A stretch of DNA of 22,073 nucleotides. Origin: Elusimicrobiota bacterium (lineage in GTDB: Bacteria; Elusimicrobiota; UBA8919). Below are positions 1 to 8,617 of this stretch, piece by piece. Under the pieces are notes generated by a model. It did no database searches. It was not told the DNA's origin and was given only the letters and a program-made list of their open reading frames with translations. Positions within the stretch are counted from its first letter, which is position 1. Every line of letters begins with the position of its first letter. The stretch is taken from NCBI GenBank assembly GCA_043816185.1, contig JBDRIG010000045.1, positions 1-22,073 on the forward strand, read 5' to 3'. A program made the position numbers and the translations under genes.

Positions 1-401
1 AAGGGCGTTCGGGAATAAGTTTCTTTGAGACGCTCGTCAGAACTCGCTCTGCAATTTGCTCCTGGAACAAATAAGTCGCAAATTGAGGCTCTGCAGAAAC
101 TTTTCCCTCACTCTGCGATGATATAAGGTGAAAGGCATTAAAAGGGCGCTCGGGAATAAGTTTCTTTGAGACGCTCGTCAGAACTCGCTCTGCAATTTGC
201 TCCTGGAACGAATAAGTCGCAAATTGAGGCTCTGCAGAAACTTTTCCCTCACTCTGCGATGATATAAGGTGAAAGGCATTAAAAGGGCGTTCGGGAATAA
301 GTTTCTTTGAGACGCTCGTCAGAACTCGCTCTGCAATTTGCTCCTGGAACAAATAAGTCGCAAATTGAGGCTCTGCAGAAACTTTTCCCTCGCTCTGCGA
401 T
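1..401. repeat. Tandem array of a 141-bp palindromic unit (two full copies plus a 119-bp copy; may extend left of the window)
   Basis: Near-identical units start at 1, 142 and 283 (aagggcgYtcgggaataagtttct...). The third ends at ctctgcgat (401). Internal inverted repeats: gggaataagtttct/agaaacttttccc and caatttgc/gcaaattg. Confidence 0.97.
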
Positions 402-432
402 TAGGGAAGGTTGGAGATTAAAGAGGTGCAAT

Positions 433-1512
433 ATGATATACAAAGGAATTATTGAACGATATAAAAAATATTTACCAGTAACAAGTAAAACGCCCACCAT
501 TACTCTTTATGAGGGTAATACGCCTTTACTCCGTGCAAAAAATCTTGAAAAATATCTTAATTTCAATCTTGATCTGTATCTCAAATTTGAAGGGATGAAT
601 CCTACTGGCTCATTCAAAGACCGTGGTATGACCATAGCGATTTCAAAAGCGGTCGAGGAGGGAAGCAAAGCGGTAATATGTGCATCAACAGGAAATACAG
701 CGGCTTCTGCGGCGGCGTATTCTGCACGAGCAGGGATAAGATGTGTTGTTGTAATTCCAGATGGTTCAATTGCTCTCGGAAAACTTTCTCAGTCGATGAT
801 GCACGGTGCAAAGGTTATTGCATTGAAAGGGAATTTTGACGATGCATTAAAAATTGTATTAGAAATCGCTGAAAAATATCCGATAACACTTGTAAATTCG
901 CTCAATCCTTATAGAATTGAAGGGCAAAAAACAGCTGCGTTTGAAATTGTAGATTTTCTGAAAAAAGCACCAGATTATCATTTTATACCCGTCGGAAATG
1001 CTGGAAACATTACTGCATATTGGAAAGGATACAAGGAGTATAACCATTTAGATTCTGCTCACAATTCCCTGCCTCATATGATTGGTTTTCAGGCATCAGG
1101 TGCCGCTCCAATCGTAAGGGGAAAGCCAATAAAAAATCCAAAAACAATAGCGACAGCAATAAAAATTGGAAATCCTGCAAGTTGGAAAAAAGCAGAAGAG
1201 GTAAGAGACGAGTCAAAAGGCGTAATTGATATGGTTACCGACGCTGAAATTATAAAGGCATATAAATTATTGGCATTGTTGGAAGGTGTTTTCGTGGAAC
1301 CCGCCTCTGCTGCCTCAGTTGCTGGTTTGATAAAATATAAGAATGTTGTTGTGAGGAATTCCAAATTGACGACGAAGCAATCTCGACTTACAGTCGTTTG
1401 CACTTTAACCGGCCACGGACTCAAAGACCCCGACAGAGCAATAAAATCCGCAACGCAACCAAAAGTTTTAGAACCAGATATGAAAAAAATAATAAAAGCA
1501 ATCGGGTTATAA
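433..1512 (+). CDS. thrC: Threonine synthase (PLP-dependent, fold type II)
   Basis: Motifs [45 protein letters not shown] at 433 follows GAGGTG. The ORF-track extension from 307 is read-through of the repeat. Confidence 0.95.
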   Translation: MIYKGIIERYKKYLPVTSKTPTITLYEGNTPLLRAKNLEKYLNFNLDLYLKFEGMNPTGSFKDRGMTIAISKAVEEGSKAVICASTGNTAASAAAYSARAGIRCVVVIPDGSIALGKLSQSMMHGAKVIALKGNFDDALKIVLEIAEKYPITLVNSLNPYRIEGQKTAAFEIVDFLKKAPDYHFIPVGNAGNITAYWKGYKEYNHLDSAHNSLPHMIGFQASGAAPIVRGKPIKNPKTIATAIKIGNPASWKKAEEVRDESKGVIDMVTDAEIIKAYKLLALLEGVFVEPASAASVAGLIKYKNVVVRNSKLTTKQSRLTVVCTLTGHGLKDPDRAIKSATQPKVLEPDMKKIIKAIGL

Positions 1513-1669
1513 AGGGGCGCTCGGGAATAAGTTTCTTTGAGACGCTCGTCAGAACTCGCTCTGCAATTTGCTCCTGGAACAAATAAGTCGCAAATTGAGG
1601 CTCTGCAGAAACTTTTCCCTCACTCTGCGATGATATAAGGTGAAAGGCATTAAAGGGGCGCTCGGGAAT
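1510..1669. repeat. Fourth copy of the 141-bp unit plus a 19-bp start of a fifth
   Basis: Matches the unit at 1-141. taaaggggcgctcgggaat occurs at 1510-1528 and 1651-1669. Overlaps the thrC stop codon. Confidence 0.97.
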
Positions 1670-1683
1670 TGCTTCGCAACTAA

Positions 1684-1732
1684 TAGTTCATAGTTCGTGA
1701 TTTGTCGTTTGTGTTGCGTATTGTATAGTGTA
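1684..1732. repeat. Degenerate heptamer tandem repeat
   Basis: tagttca tagttcg tgatttg tcgtttg tgttgcg tattgta tagtgta. Confidence 0.55.
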
Positions 1733-1737
1733 AAAAT

Positions 1738-1809
1738 GCACAAATACAGTTCGTGCCTATAAAATCAATAAAATGATCAATATAATCGCACAAATAAATT
1801 CGTGTCTAC
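1738..1809 (-). repeat. Two REP-like short palindromes (GTAG-type on the - strand)
   Basis: gcacaaatacagttcgtgcctat (1738-1760) and gcacaaataaattcgtgtctac (1788-1809). The reverse complement of the second is GTAG followed by an imperfect hairpin. Confidence 0.6.
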
Positions 1810-1856
1810 AACAAGTTCAATAATCCCCTTACCTTACAATTAAAAAGTAGGTTTTA

Positions 1857-2390
1857 ATGAACCCTGTTGATTTAATAATTCTTTTGTCTATAGTTTTTTT
1901 TGGATGGCTTGGTTCAAGAATTGGGATACTCATTACTATTTCAAGCGTTTTATCTGGAATCTTTGGTTTTATAATTGCCAATCTCTTTTACATAAAATTT
2001 GCTGTTTTCCTTCCGCCAAAACCATCTAATTTAATAATAAGTTATTTTTTGATATTTTTTTCCATTTCTGTCTTGGTATTTTATATAGGGGTGGCAATTT
2101 CCAAACTGATGCATCTGATGTTTTTTGGTTTGGTAGATAAATTTTTAGGTGCGTTAGTTGGAATTGCGTTTGGTTGTATTATCTGCGGTGCAATGCTTTT
2201 TGTTGCAGGTATGACTGCGTCGGTAAAAATAAAGCAGTGTATAAAAAATTCAAATATTGCACCAATTATTACGAATAAAATTATTACAATTATCAAACCA
2301 TTTTCAAAAACAAATTACAAGATATCAGCAAAAGATATTACAATCGATGCCGTTAAGAGAGTAAAATCCATTTCCTCATCGTTAAAATAA
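1857..2390 (+). CDS. cvpA: CvpA (colicin V production) family membrane protein
   Basis: MNPVDLII start, four hydrophobic segments, DKFLGALVG motif, 177 aa. Confidence 0.85.
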   Translation: MNPVDLIILLSIVFFGWLGSRIGILITISSVLSGIFGFIIANLFYIKFAVFLPPKPSNLIISYFLIFFSISVLVFYIGVAISKLMHLMFFGLVDKFLGALVGIAFGCIICGAMLFVAGMTASVKIKQCIKNSNIAPIITNKIITIIKPFSKTNYKISAKDITIDAVKRVKSISSSLK

Positions 2391-2460
2391 TCTTACTACC
2401 TGTTTGCAAAATGGAGTTTTGTTGTTGCAAAAAGACAGATGATGAAATGAAAATTTTTTG

Positions 2461-2489
2461 TTGATTTTTACAGGCTTATTTTATAGAAT
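2461..2489 (+). promoter_or_regulatory. Putative sigma70 promoter for the nucleotide-sugar operon
   Basis: TTGATT (2461-2466), 17 bp, TAGAAT (2484-2489). Confidence 0.55.
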
Positions 2490-2633
2490 AGAACCGTTGA
2501 CGAATATGACGGATGCAGGAAGTTTGGAGAAAAGGTAGTGATACGGTGATATAGCCATTGTATATCGTTGTATTACCGTACAGCCATATTAATATATCGG
2601 CTTTTTCTTTGCGATTAACAGGAGGATTGACAG

Positions 2634-3584
2634 ATGAAAATTTTAATAACTGGTATTACAGGTTTTGCTGGAAGTCACTTGGCCGAATTTTTGCTCTCAC
2701 AAAACCATGAAGTTCACGGCATTGATAGATGGAGAAGTAAAACGGAAAACATAGATGGATTCAAAGACAAAATTACCCTTCACGAGTGCGATATTAAGGA
2801 TTATCATTCAGTAAAAAAGACGATTGAAGAAGTAATGCCGGAAAAAATTTTTCATCTTGCTGCACAATCCTTTGTTCCAGTATCGTGGAAGGCACCATCA
2901 GAAACAATTGCAACAAATGTTATAGGCGAATTAAACATTTTTGAAGCAGTGAAAGAATTAAAAATAAATCCATGGATACAAATTGCCTGTTCGTCTGAAG
3001 AATACGGGATGGTTTATGAAAACGAGGTACCGATAAAAGAAACTAATCCGCTGAGGCCTTTGTCTCCGTATGGTGTTTCAAAAGTTGCTCAAGATTTGTT
3101 GGGTTATCAGTATCATCAGAGTCACAATTTGAACATAGTAAGAACTCGCACGTTTAATCATGAAGGCCCTCGTCGTGGCGAAGTTTTTGTTACAAGCAAT
3201 TTTGCCAAACAGATAGCAGAAATAGAAAAAAATAAAAAACCACCAATATTGTATGCAGGAAATCTTGATGCCCGTCGTGATTATACAGATGTTCGGGATA
3301 TTGTTCGTGCATACTGGCTTGCAACGGAAAAATGTATTGCTGGCGAAGTTTATAATATCTGTTCGGGGCGTGATTGGAAAATAAAGGATATGTTAAATTA
3401 TCTTTTATCGCTTTCCAAAGTAAGAGTTGAGGTTAAACAAGATCCTGCACGGATGCGACCTTCGGATGTTCAGATATTGCTTGGTGACTGTACCAAATTT
3501 AGGGAGCAAACTGGCTGGAAACCTGAAATTCCGTTTGAAAAAACACTGGAAGATACATTGAATTACTGGCGGGAGAGAAATTAG
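2634..3584 (+). CDS. GDP-mannose 4,6-dehydratase / GDP-4-keto-6-deoxymannose reductase (Gmd/Rmd-like SDR)
   Basis: GITGFAG, HLAAQS, SSEEYG, YGVSK, FNHEGPRRG, GNLDARRD, RPSDV motifs. RBS GGAGG upstream. Confidence 0.85.
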   Translation: MKILITGITGFAGSHLAEFLLSQNHEVHGIDRWRSKTENIDGFKDKITLHECDIKDYHSVKKTIEEVMPEKIFHLAAQSFVPVSWKAPSETIATNVIGELNIFEAVKELKINPWIQIACSSEEYGMVYENEVPIKETNPLRPLSPYGVSKVAQDLLGYQYHQSHNLNIVRTRTFNHEGPRRGEVFVTSNFAKQIAEIEKNKKPPILYAGNLDARRDYTDVRDIVRAYWLATEKCIAGEVYNICSGRDWKIKDMLNYLLSLSKVRVEVKQDPARMRPSDVQILLGDCTKFREQTGWKPEIPFEKTLEDTLNYWRERN

Positions 3585-3715
3585 GGACACATCCCATATT
3601 ATTTTTTGACGTGGATTAAGTAATGTTGTAGAATTCTTCTTGTTGGAGAAGCATAACAAAATACCGATAAAAATTGAGAGAAGAGAATGAAAAATAGGGG
3701 ATGTGTCCCTAATTT
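3578..3715. mobile_element. MITE/REPIN-like element with perfect 18-bp terminal inverted repeats
   Basis: aaattagggacacatccc (3578-3595) and gggatgtgtccctaattt (3698-3715) flank ~100 bp of non-coding AT-rich DNA. Confidence 0.6.
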
Positions 3716-3750
3716 TCCCATTGAATTAATGGAGGGGATGCATATAATGC

Positions 3751-3826
3751 CGCGGAACAGACACTGAAATAAGGAACACGAAATTGACACAGAACAGATA
3801 CAGAAAGTTCCGCGTAAGTTCTGTGT
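3751..3826. repeat. Degenerate ~10-bp repeats with inverted copies
   Basis: cgcggaa/cactgaa/cacgaaa/cacagaa/tacagaa followed by the complementary ttccgcg and ttctgtgt. Confidence 0.5.
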
Positions 3827-3842
3827 ATTCACGGAGCGAATT

Positions 3843-4901
3843 ATGAAAGCACTTGTTTTATCAGGTGGAAAAGGAACACGGTTAAGGCCTATTACTCATA
3901 CGTCGGCGAAACAACTTGTACCAATTGCAAACAAGCCAATACTTTTTTATGGGCTTGAAGCAATTGCTGATAGTGGTATAAAAGATGTCGGAATCGTCGT
4001 TGGTGATACTAAAAATGAGATAATGGCTGCAGTTGGTGACGGAAAAAAATTTGGAATAAAAGTTACATATATTCCACAAGATGCACCGCTTGGTCTTGCT
4101 CATGCCGTGAAAATATCACAAAGTTTTCTGAAAGACGACGAGTTTGTAATGTATCTCGGCGACAATTTAATCAGAGATGGTATCAAATCTTTTGTAGATC
4201 AGTTTAGAGAGAAAAAACCGAACTCGCAGATTCTTCTCGCAAAAGTTTCGAATCCTCAACAATTCGGAGTAGCAGAACTTAAAAATGGAAAAATAATAAA
4301 GTTAATTGAAAAACCCAAACAGCCAAAAAGTGATTTAGCATTAGTTGGTGTTTATATGTTTGACAAAAATATTTTTGAAGCGGTCAATAAAATAAAACCC
4401 TCTCAAAGAGGGGAACTCGAGATTACAGATGCCATACAATATCTCGTCAATAAAAAATTTAATGTCGTTCCTCATATAATTAATGGCTGGTGGAAAGACA
4501 CGGGAAAATTAGAGGATATGCTTGAAGCAAATAGAATTATCCTCGACACTCTGAAAAGAGTAGATTTGGGCATTGTAGAAAACTCGAAGATAGAAGGTAA
4601 AGTTGTAATTCAAAAAAATGCTGAGATCAAGAATTCAACAATAAGAGGTCCAGTTATCATTGGTGAGAATTGCAAAATTCACAATTCCTACATCGGACCT
4701 TTTACCTCTATTTATTTTAATACCGTTATAGAAAACAGCGAAATAGAACATTCAATAATTCTTGAAAACTCAAAAGTGAAAGATGTAAAACGGATTGAAG
4801 ATTCTTTGATAGGCCAGAATGTGGAGGTTCTGAAATCCGAGAAAAAACCGCAGGCATATAGAATTATGGTTGGTGATTCATCGAAGGTGGAGATAATATG
4901 A
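3843..4901 (+). CDS. rmlA: Glucose-1-phosphate thymidylyltransferase, long form
   Basis: LSGGKGTRLRP, KQLVPIANKP, EKP, RGELEITD, WWKDTG, plus a C-terminal hexapeptide (left-handed beta-helix) region. Confidence 0.9.
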   Translation: MKALVLSGGKGTRLRPITHTSAKQLVPIANKPILFYGLEAIADSGIKDVGIVVGDTKNEIMAAVGDGKKFGIKVTYIPQDAPLGLAHAVKISQSFLKDDEFVMYLGDNLIRDGIKSFVDQFREKKPNSQILLAKVSNPQQFGVAELKNGKIIKLIEKPKQPKSDLALVGVYMFDKNIFEAVNKIKPSQRGELEITDAIQYLVNKKFNVVPHIINGWWKDTGKLEDMLEANRIILDTLKRVDLGIVENSKIEGKVVIQKNAEIKNSTIRGPVIIGENCKIHNSYIGPFTSIYFNTVIENSEIEHSIILENSKVKDVKRIEDSLIGQNVEVLKSEKKPQAYRIMVGDSSKVEII

Positions 4902-5344
4902 TAAAAGGCGTGTTTGTTAAAGAACTAACTGTTCACAAGGACGAACGTGGGGCATTGTTTGAAATTCTTCGCAGTGATTCTCCTGAATTCAAAAAATTTG
5001 GGCAGGCGTATATTACCGTCTGTAAACGAGGATGGGTAAAGGGCTGGCATTATCATAAAATTCAGACGGATAATTTCTGTGTTGTCAAAGGAAAAGCAAA
5101 GATTGTTCTGATTGATTTCGCAAAAAAAGAATTTATGGAGTTTGAGCTTTCGGATAAAAAACCATCTATACTAATTATTCCACCAAAAGTTATTCATGGG
5201 TTTGAATGTATATCAAAAAATGAGTGTTGGATTATGAATATACCGACAGAAATCTATAAATACAAAAAACCCGATGAATACCGAACTTTATTGAATGACC
5301 CCTCGATTCCATACAAACCATGGAGAAAAAGAAAAGGGTTTTGA
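4898..5344 (+). CDS. rmlC: dTDP-4-dehydrorhamnose 3,5-epimerase family (cupin)
   Basis: DERG, KGWHYH, HGF motifs. ATGA overlap with rmlA and position among rml genes. Confidence 0.8.
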   Translation: MIKGVFVKELTVHKDERGALFEILRSDSPEFKKFGQAYITVCKRGWVKGWHYHKIQTDNFCVVKGKAKIVLIDFAKKEFMEFELSDKKPSILIIPPKVIHGFECISKNECWIMNIPTEIYKYKKPDEYRTLLNDPSIPYKPWRKRKGF

Positions 5345-5385
5345 ATAAAATAATTTGAACAAAACAACAAGTAATAGGGGAACAA

Positions 5386-6378
5386 ATGAACATATTAGTC
5401 ACAGGCGGTTGCGGTTTTATCGGTAGTAACTTCATTTTGCATATATTAAAAAAATATAAAAATTATAAGATTGTGAATCTTGACAAACTAACTTATGCAG
5501 GAAACGAAGAAAATCTTTCATCGGTCAAAAATAATCCGAGACATAAATTTGTTAAAGGGGATATTTGTAATAAAAAATTAGTCAATTCATTGATGAAAAA
5601 AGTTGATGTCGTTGTTCATTTTGCGGCTGAGAGTCATGTTGATAGAAGTATTTTACACGCAGACGAATTCATAAAAACAAATATAATGGGAACACAAATA
5701 CTTCTTGATGCCGCGGTGAGATGTGGCAAAAAAAGATTTCATCATATTTCTACTGACGAGGTTTTTGGTGAGTTGAAAAAAACCGGAAAATTTTCTGAAA
5801 AAACATCATATAATCCGCGTTCACCTTATTCAGCATCAAAATCGGCTGCCGACCATTTGGTAAGAGCATATTTTTATACTTACTGTTTGCCGATTACAAT
5901 CTCTAATTGTTCTAATAATTATGGGCCATATCAATTTCCTGAAAAACTAATACCGTTGTTTATAACAAATTTGATTGAGGGTAAAAAAATTCCTGTTTAT
6001 GGAAGAGGTCAAAATATTCGCGACTGGATTCATGTTGACGATCATAATGAGGGTGTAGATTTAATTCTTCATATGGGAAGAATTGGAGAAACATATTGTT
6101 TGGGTGGAAACACGGAAATGAGAAATATAGATATAACAAAAATGATTTTAAAAGAGTTTGATTATGGCAATGGAATGATTGATTTTGTTGAGGATAGAAA
6201 AGGACATGATTTTAGATATGCAATTGATTTTACAAAAATAAAAAAAGAACTCGGTTGGTACCCGAAGCACACATTTGAAAAAGGTTTAAAAGAAACAATT
6301 GTATGGTATAAGAAAAACGAAAATTGGTGGAAGTCGTTAAAAAATAGAATTATCAAGGACATTACGAAGAAACAATGA
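5386..6378 (+). CDS. rmlB: dTDP-glucose 4,6-dehydratase
   Basis: GGCGFIGSN, DKLTYAGN, AAESHVDRSI, STDEV, YSASK, SNNYGPYQFPEKLIP, GHDFRYA. Confidence 0.96.
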   Translation: MNILVTGGCGFIGSNFILHILKKYKNYKIVNLDKLTYAGNEENLSSVKNNPRHKFVKGDICNKKLVNSLMKKVDVVVHFAAESHVDRSILHADEFIKTNIMGTQILLDAAVRCGKKRFHHISTDEVFGELKKTGKFSEKTSYNPRSPYSASKSAADHLVRAYFYTYCLPITISNCSNNYGPYQFPEKLIPLFITNLIEGKKIPVYGRGQNIRDWIHVDDHNEGVDLILHMGRIGETYCLGGNTEMRNIDITKMILKEFDYGNGMIDFVEDRKGHDFRYAIDFTKIKKELGWYPKHTFEKGLKETIVWYKKNENWWKSLKNRIIKDITKKQ

Positions 6379-7259
6379 AAATTTTGATTACTGGTTGTTC
6401 AGGTATGCTCGGAACTGATCTATGTGAGGTGTTAATTGGCGAGAACGAAATCCACGGAGTAGACACTAAACAGCCTACTTGCCACTCATCGCTTATCACT
6501 TGTCACTTGCTTGATATTACCGATTTTAGAAAAACATATAAAACGATTACAAAAATTAATCCAGAAATTATAATTCATACTGCTGCGTGGACAGATGTCG
6601 ACGGTGCTCAAAAAAATCCTAAAGATGCGTATAGACTGAACGTTTTAGGGACAAGAAATATAGCACTTTCCTGTCAACGATTTGATACTGCACTTGTTTA
6701 TATCTCATCTGATTATATTTTTGATGGAGAAAAAAAAGAGCCATATATTGAATTCGACAGGCCGAATCCACTGTCCGTCTATGGAAAATCAAAATATTAT
6801 GGCGAACTCGTCGTTCAGCAGTTATTAAATAAATTTTTTATTGTGCGTTCTTCTTGGTTATATGGTATAAATGGAAAAAATTTCGTGAAAACAATTATGA
6901 ATCTTGCACAGGTAAAGAAAGAACTTAAAGTTGTGAATGACCAAATCGGTTGCCCAACCTATACAAAAGATTTAGCCAAAGCAATAAATGTTTTACTTAC
7001 AGCTGGTCTTTACGGAATACATCATATAACAAATTCAGAAAGTTGCAGTTGGTATGAATTTGCCAAAGAAATAGTAAAATTATCAGGTAGTGGATGCAAG
7101 GTTTTACCGACGACGACCGAAGAATTTAATAGTTTGGCAAAAAGACCCAAAAATTCTGTGTTAAAAAATTTTATGTGGGAATTAAACGGGTTTGAACCGT
7201 TAAGAAGTTGGCAAGAAGCATTATTGGATTACTTGAAAGACAACACGGATAAACGCTGA
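6375..7259 (+). CDS. rmlD: dTDP-4-dehydrorhamnose reductase
   Basis: GCSGMLG, AAWTDVD, SSDYIFDG, YGKSK, DQIGCPT, AKRP. Confidence 0.94.
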   Translation: MKILITGCSGMLGTDLCEVLIGENEIHGVDTKQPTCHSSLITCHLLDITDFRKTYKTITKINPEIIIHTAAWTDVDGAQKNPKDAYRLNVLGTRNIALSCQRFDTALVYISSDYIFDGEKKEPYIEFDRPNPLSVYGKSKYYGELVVQQLLNKFFIVRSSWLYGINGKNFVKTIMNLAQVKKELKVVNDQIGCPTYTKDLAKAINVLLTAGLYGIHHITNSESCSWYEFAKEIVKLSGSGCKVLPTTTEEFNSLAKRPKNSVLKNFMWELNGFEPLRSWQEALLDYLKDNTDKR

Positions 7260-7356
7260 TATTGGCGGGGGGGGGCATGCTCCGTTGGAACGACAGGATT
7301 TTACACAATATGTGAGTGGCAGGAATAAGTTTTTAAGACGATTAGAAAAAATGCTC

Positions 7357-7386
7357 TTGACAATAATGTGAAACATTTGCTAAAAT
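7357..7386 (+). promoter_or_regulatory. Putative sigma70 promoter of the AAA ATPase gene (near-leaderless)
   Basis: TTGACA (7357-7362), 18 bp, TAAAAT (7381-7386) with an extended TG. ATG lies 9 nt after the -10 box with no SD. Confidence 0.65.
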
Positions 7387-7395
7387 ACGGATACT

Positions 7396-8526
7396 ATGAT
7401 ACCCAGATTTATAGAAAATCAGATATCGGCTTCTCTGAAGACAGGTAAGGTTATCGGGCTTTTCGGTGCTAGAAGAACCGGCAAAACAGTGTTGATGAAT
7501 TTAGTGAAAGAAAAATTAAAAAACAAACCTGTTTTGATGGTAAATGGCGAAAATCTTGATGTAATAGAAGTTTTGTCAAGTCGTAGATTGAATGTCTTAG
7601 AAAAGTTCGTTTCCGGATATAAATATCTTTTTATTGACGAGGCGCAAAAAATACCGGATATAGGGCTTAACCTGAAACTTATGGTTGATAGTATTCCCGG
7701 AGTTTCAATTTTTGTTTCTGGCTCGTCCGCATTTGATTTAAAAAATAAAATAGGCGAACCGCTGGTGGGAAGGAGCAAGTTCTACTATCTCTATCCGATA
7801 TCGCAATTGGAAATAAACAGACATTACGACTTTTTAAAAAATAAGGAAGGGCTGGAAGATAGATTAATATACGGAATGTATCCGCAGGTGCTTACGGAAA
7901 AAACTTTGAGAGGTAAAAAAGAACTTCTTGAATCCGTAAGAGACGGGTATCTATTAAAAGACATACTGCTGTTGGATAATCTTAAAAATTCCTTGTTTGT
8001 TTTTAATTTGTTGCGGCTTATAGCATTTCAAATAGGCAACGACATTTCATATACTGAACTTGCCGGCCATCTGAATTCAAATAAAAAAACGGTTATGAGA
8101 TATCTTGAATTGTTGGAAAAATCATTTGTATTATTTTCTTTATACGGGTTCAGCAGGAATTTAAGAAAGGAATACACCAAAACACCGCGTTATTATTTTT
8201 GGGATAATGGTATAAGGAACACTGTCATATCAAATTACAATGGAATTACCCTGCGGGATGATATCGGAAAATTGTGGGAAAACTATTGTATATCAGAAAG
8301 GATAAAAAAATTAAACTACAAAAATGTTCGTTGCAATAAATATTTTTGGAGAACTTACGACAAGAAAGAAATTGATTTAGTTGAAGAACGTGGTGGCCGT
8401 CTTTATGGTTTTGAGTGCAAGTGGAAAGCGCAAAATGTAAAACCCCCAAAAGATTTTATTGAAACATATAAGAATTCAAAATTTGCCGTTATAAATCAGG
8501 ATAATTATTGTGATATCATCGGATAA
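7396..8526 (+). CDS. AAA_14 + DUF4143 ATP-binding protein with C-terminal PD-(D/E)xK-like motif
   Basis: Walker A GARRTGKT, Walker B FIDEAQ, GSS, LVGR, YYFWDNGIRN, WEN, EIDLV...FECK. Confidence 0.88.
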   Translation: MIPRFIENQISASLKTGKVIGLFGARRTGKTVLMNLVKEKLKNKPVLMVNGENLDVIEVLSSRRLNVLEKFVSGYKYLFIDEAQKIPDIGLNLKLMVDSIPGVSIFVSGSSAFDLKNKIGEPLVGRSKFYYLYPISQLEINRHYDFLKNKEGLEDRLIYGMYPQVLTEKTLRGKKELLESVRDGYLLKDILLLDNLKNSLFVFNLLRLIAFQIGNDISYTELAGHLNSNKKTVMRYLELLEKSFVLFSLYGFSRNLRKEYTKTPRYYFWDNGIRNTVISNYNGITLRDDIGKLWENYCISERIKKLNYKNVRCNKYFWRTYDKKEIDLVEERGGRLYGFECKWKAQNVKPPKDFIETYKNSKFAVINQDNYCDIIG

Positions 8527-8554
8527 TGAAATAATGGGGACGGAGAAAAGAGAG

Positions 8555-8608
8555 ATTAGGTAGTTGCGAGGTTTCCTCGCTATTGGGTAGTTGCTCCTCG
8601 CTATTAGG
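8555..8608 (+). repeat. GTAG-type REP-like hairpin plus an internally deleted tandem copy
   Basis: GTAG-tt-GCGAGG-ttt-CCTCGC (8560-8580), then GTAG-ttgc-tcctcgc (8587-8601), each bordered by attRgg. Confidence 0.6.
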
Positions 8609-8617
8609 AAATGAATT

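Noticed and set aside
11..107. Hammerhead ribozyme on the - strand of the repeat (CUGACGA...GAAAC, with GUU upstream)
   Set aside because: Core words are present, but stem II cannot form (gcgucucaaa) and stem I pairing is not adjacent to the core. An Infernal search would settle it.
1..401. CRISPR array
   Set aside because: Units are near-identical over their whole length with no variable spacers, and no cas genes are in the window.
307..432. N-terminal extension of ThrC from TTG 307
   Set aside because: It lies within the repeat; ATG 433 has an SD and matches the normal ThrC start.
283..432. Threonine attenuator or T-box leader
   Set aside because: No Thr-rich leader peptide or T-box consensus, and the same unit occurs downstream of the gene.
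7267..7275. G9 homopolymer as a phase-variation switch
   Set aside because: Intergenic and ~80 bp upstream of the -35 box; more likely part of a GC-rich palindrome relic.
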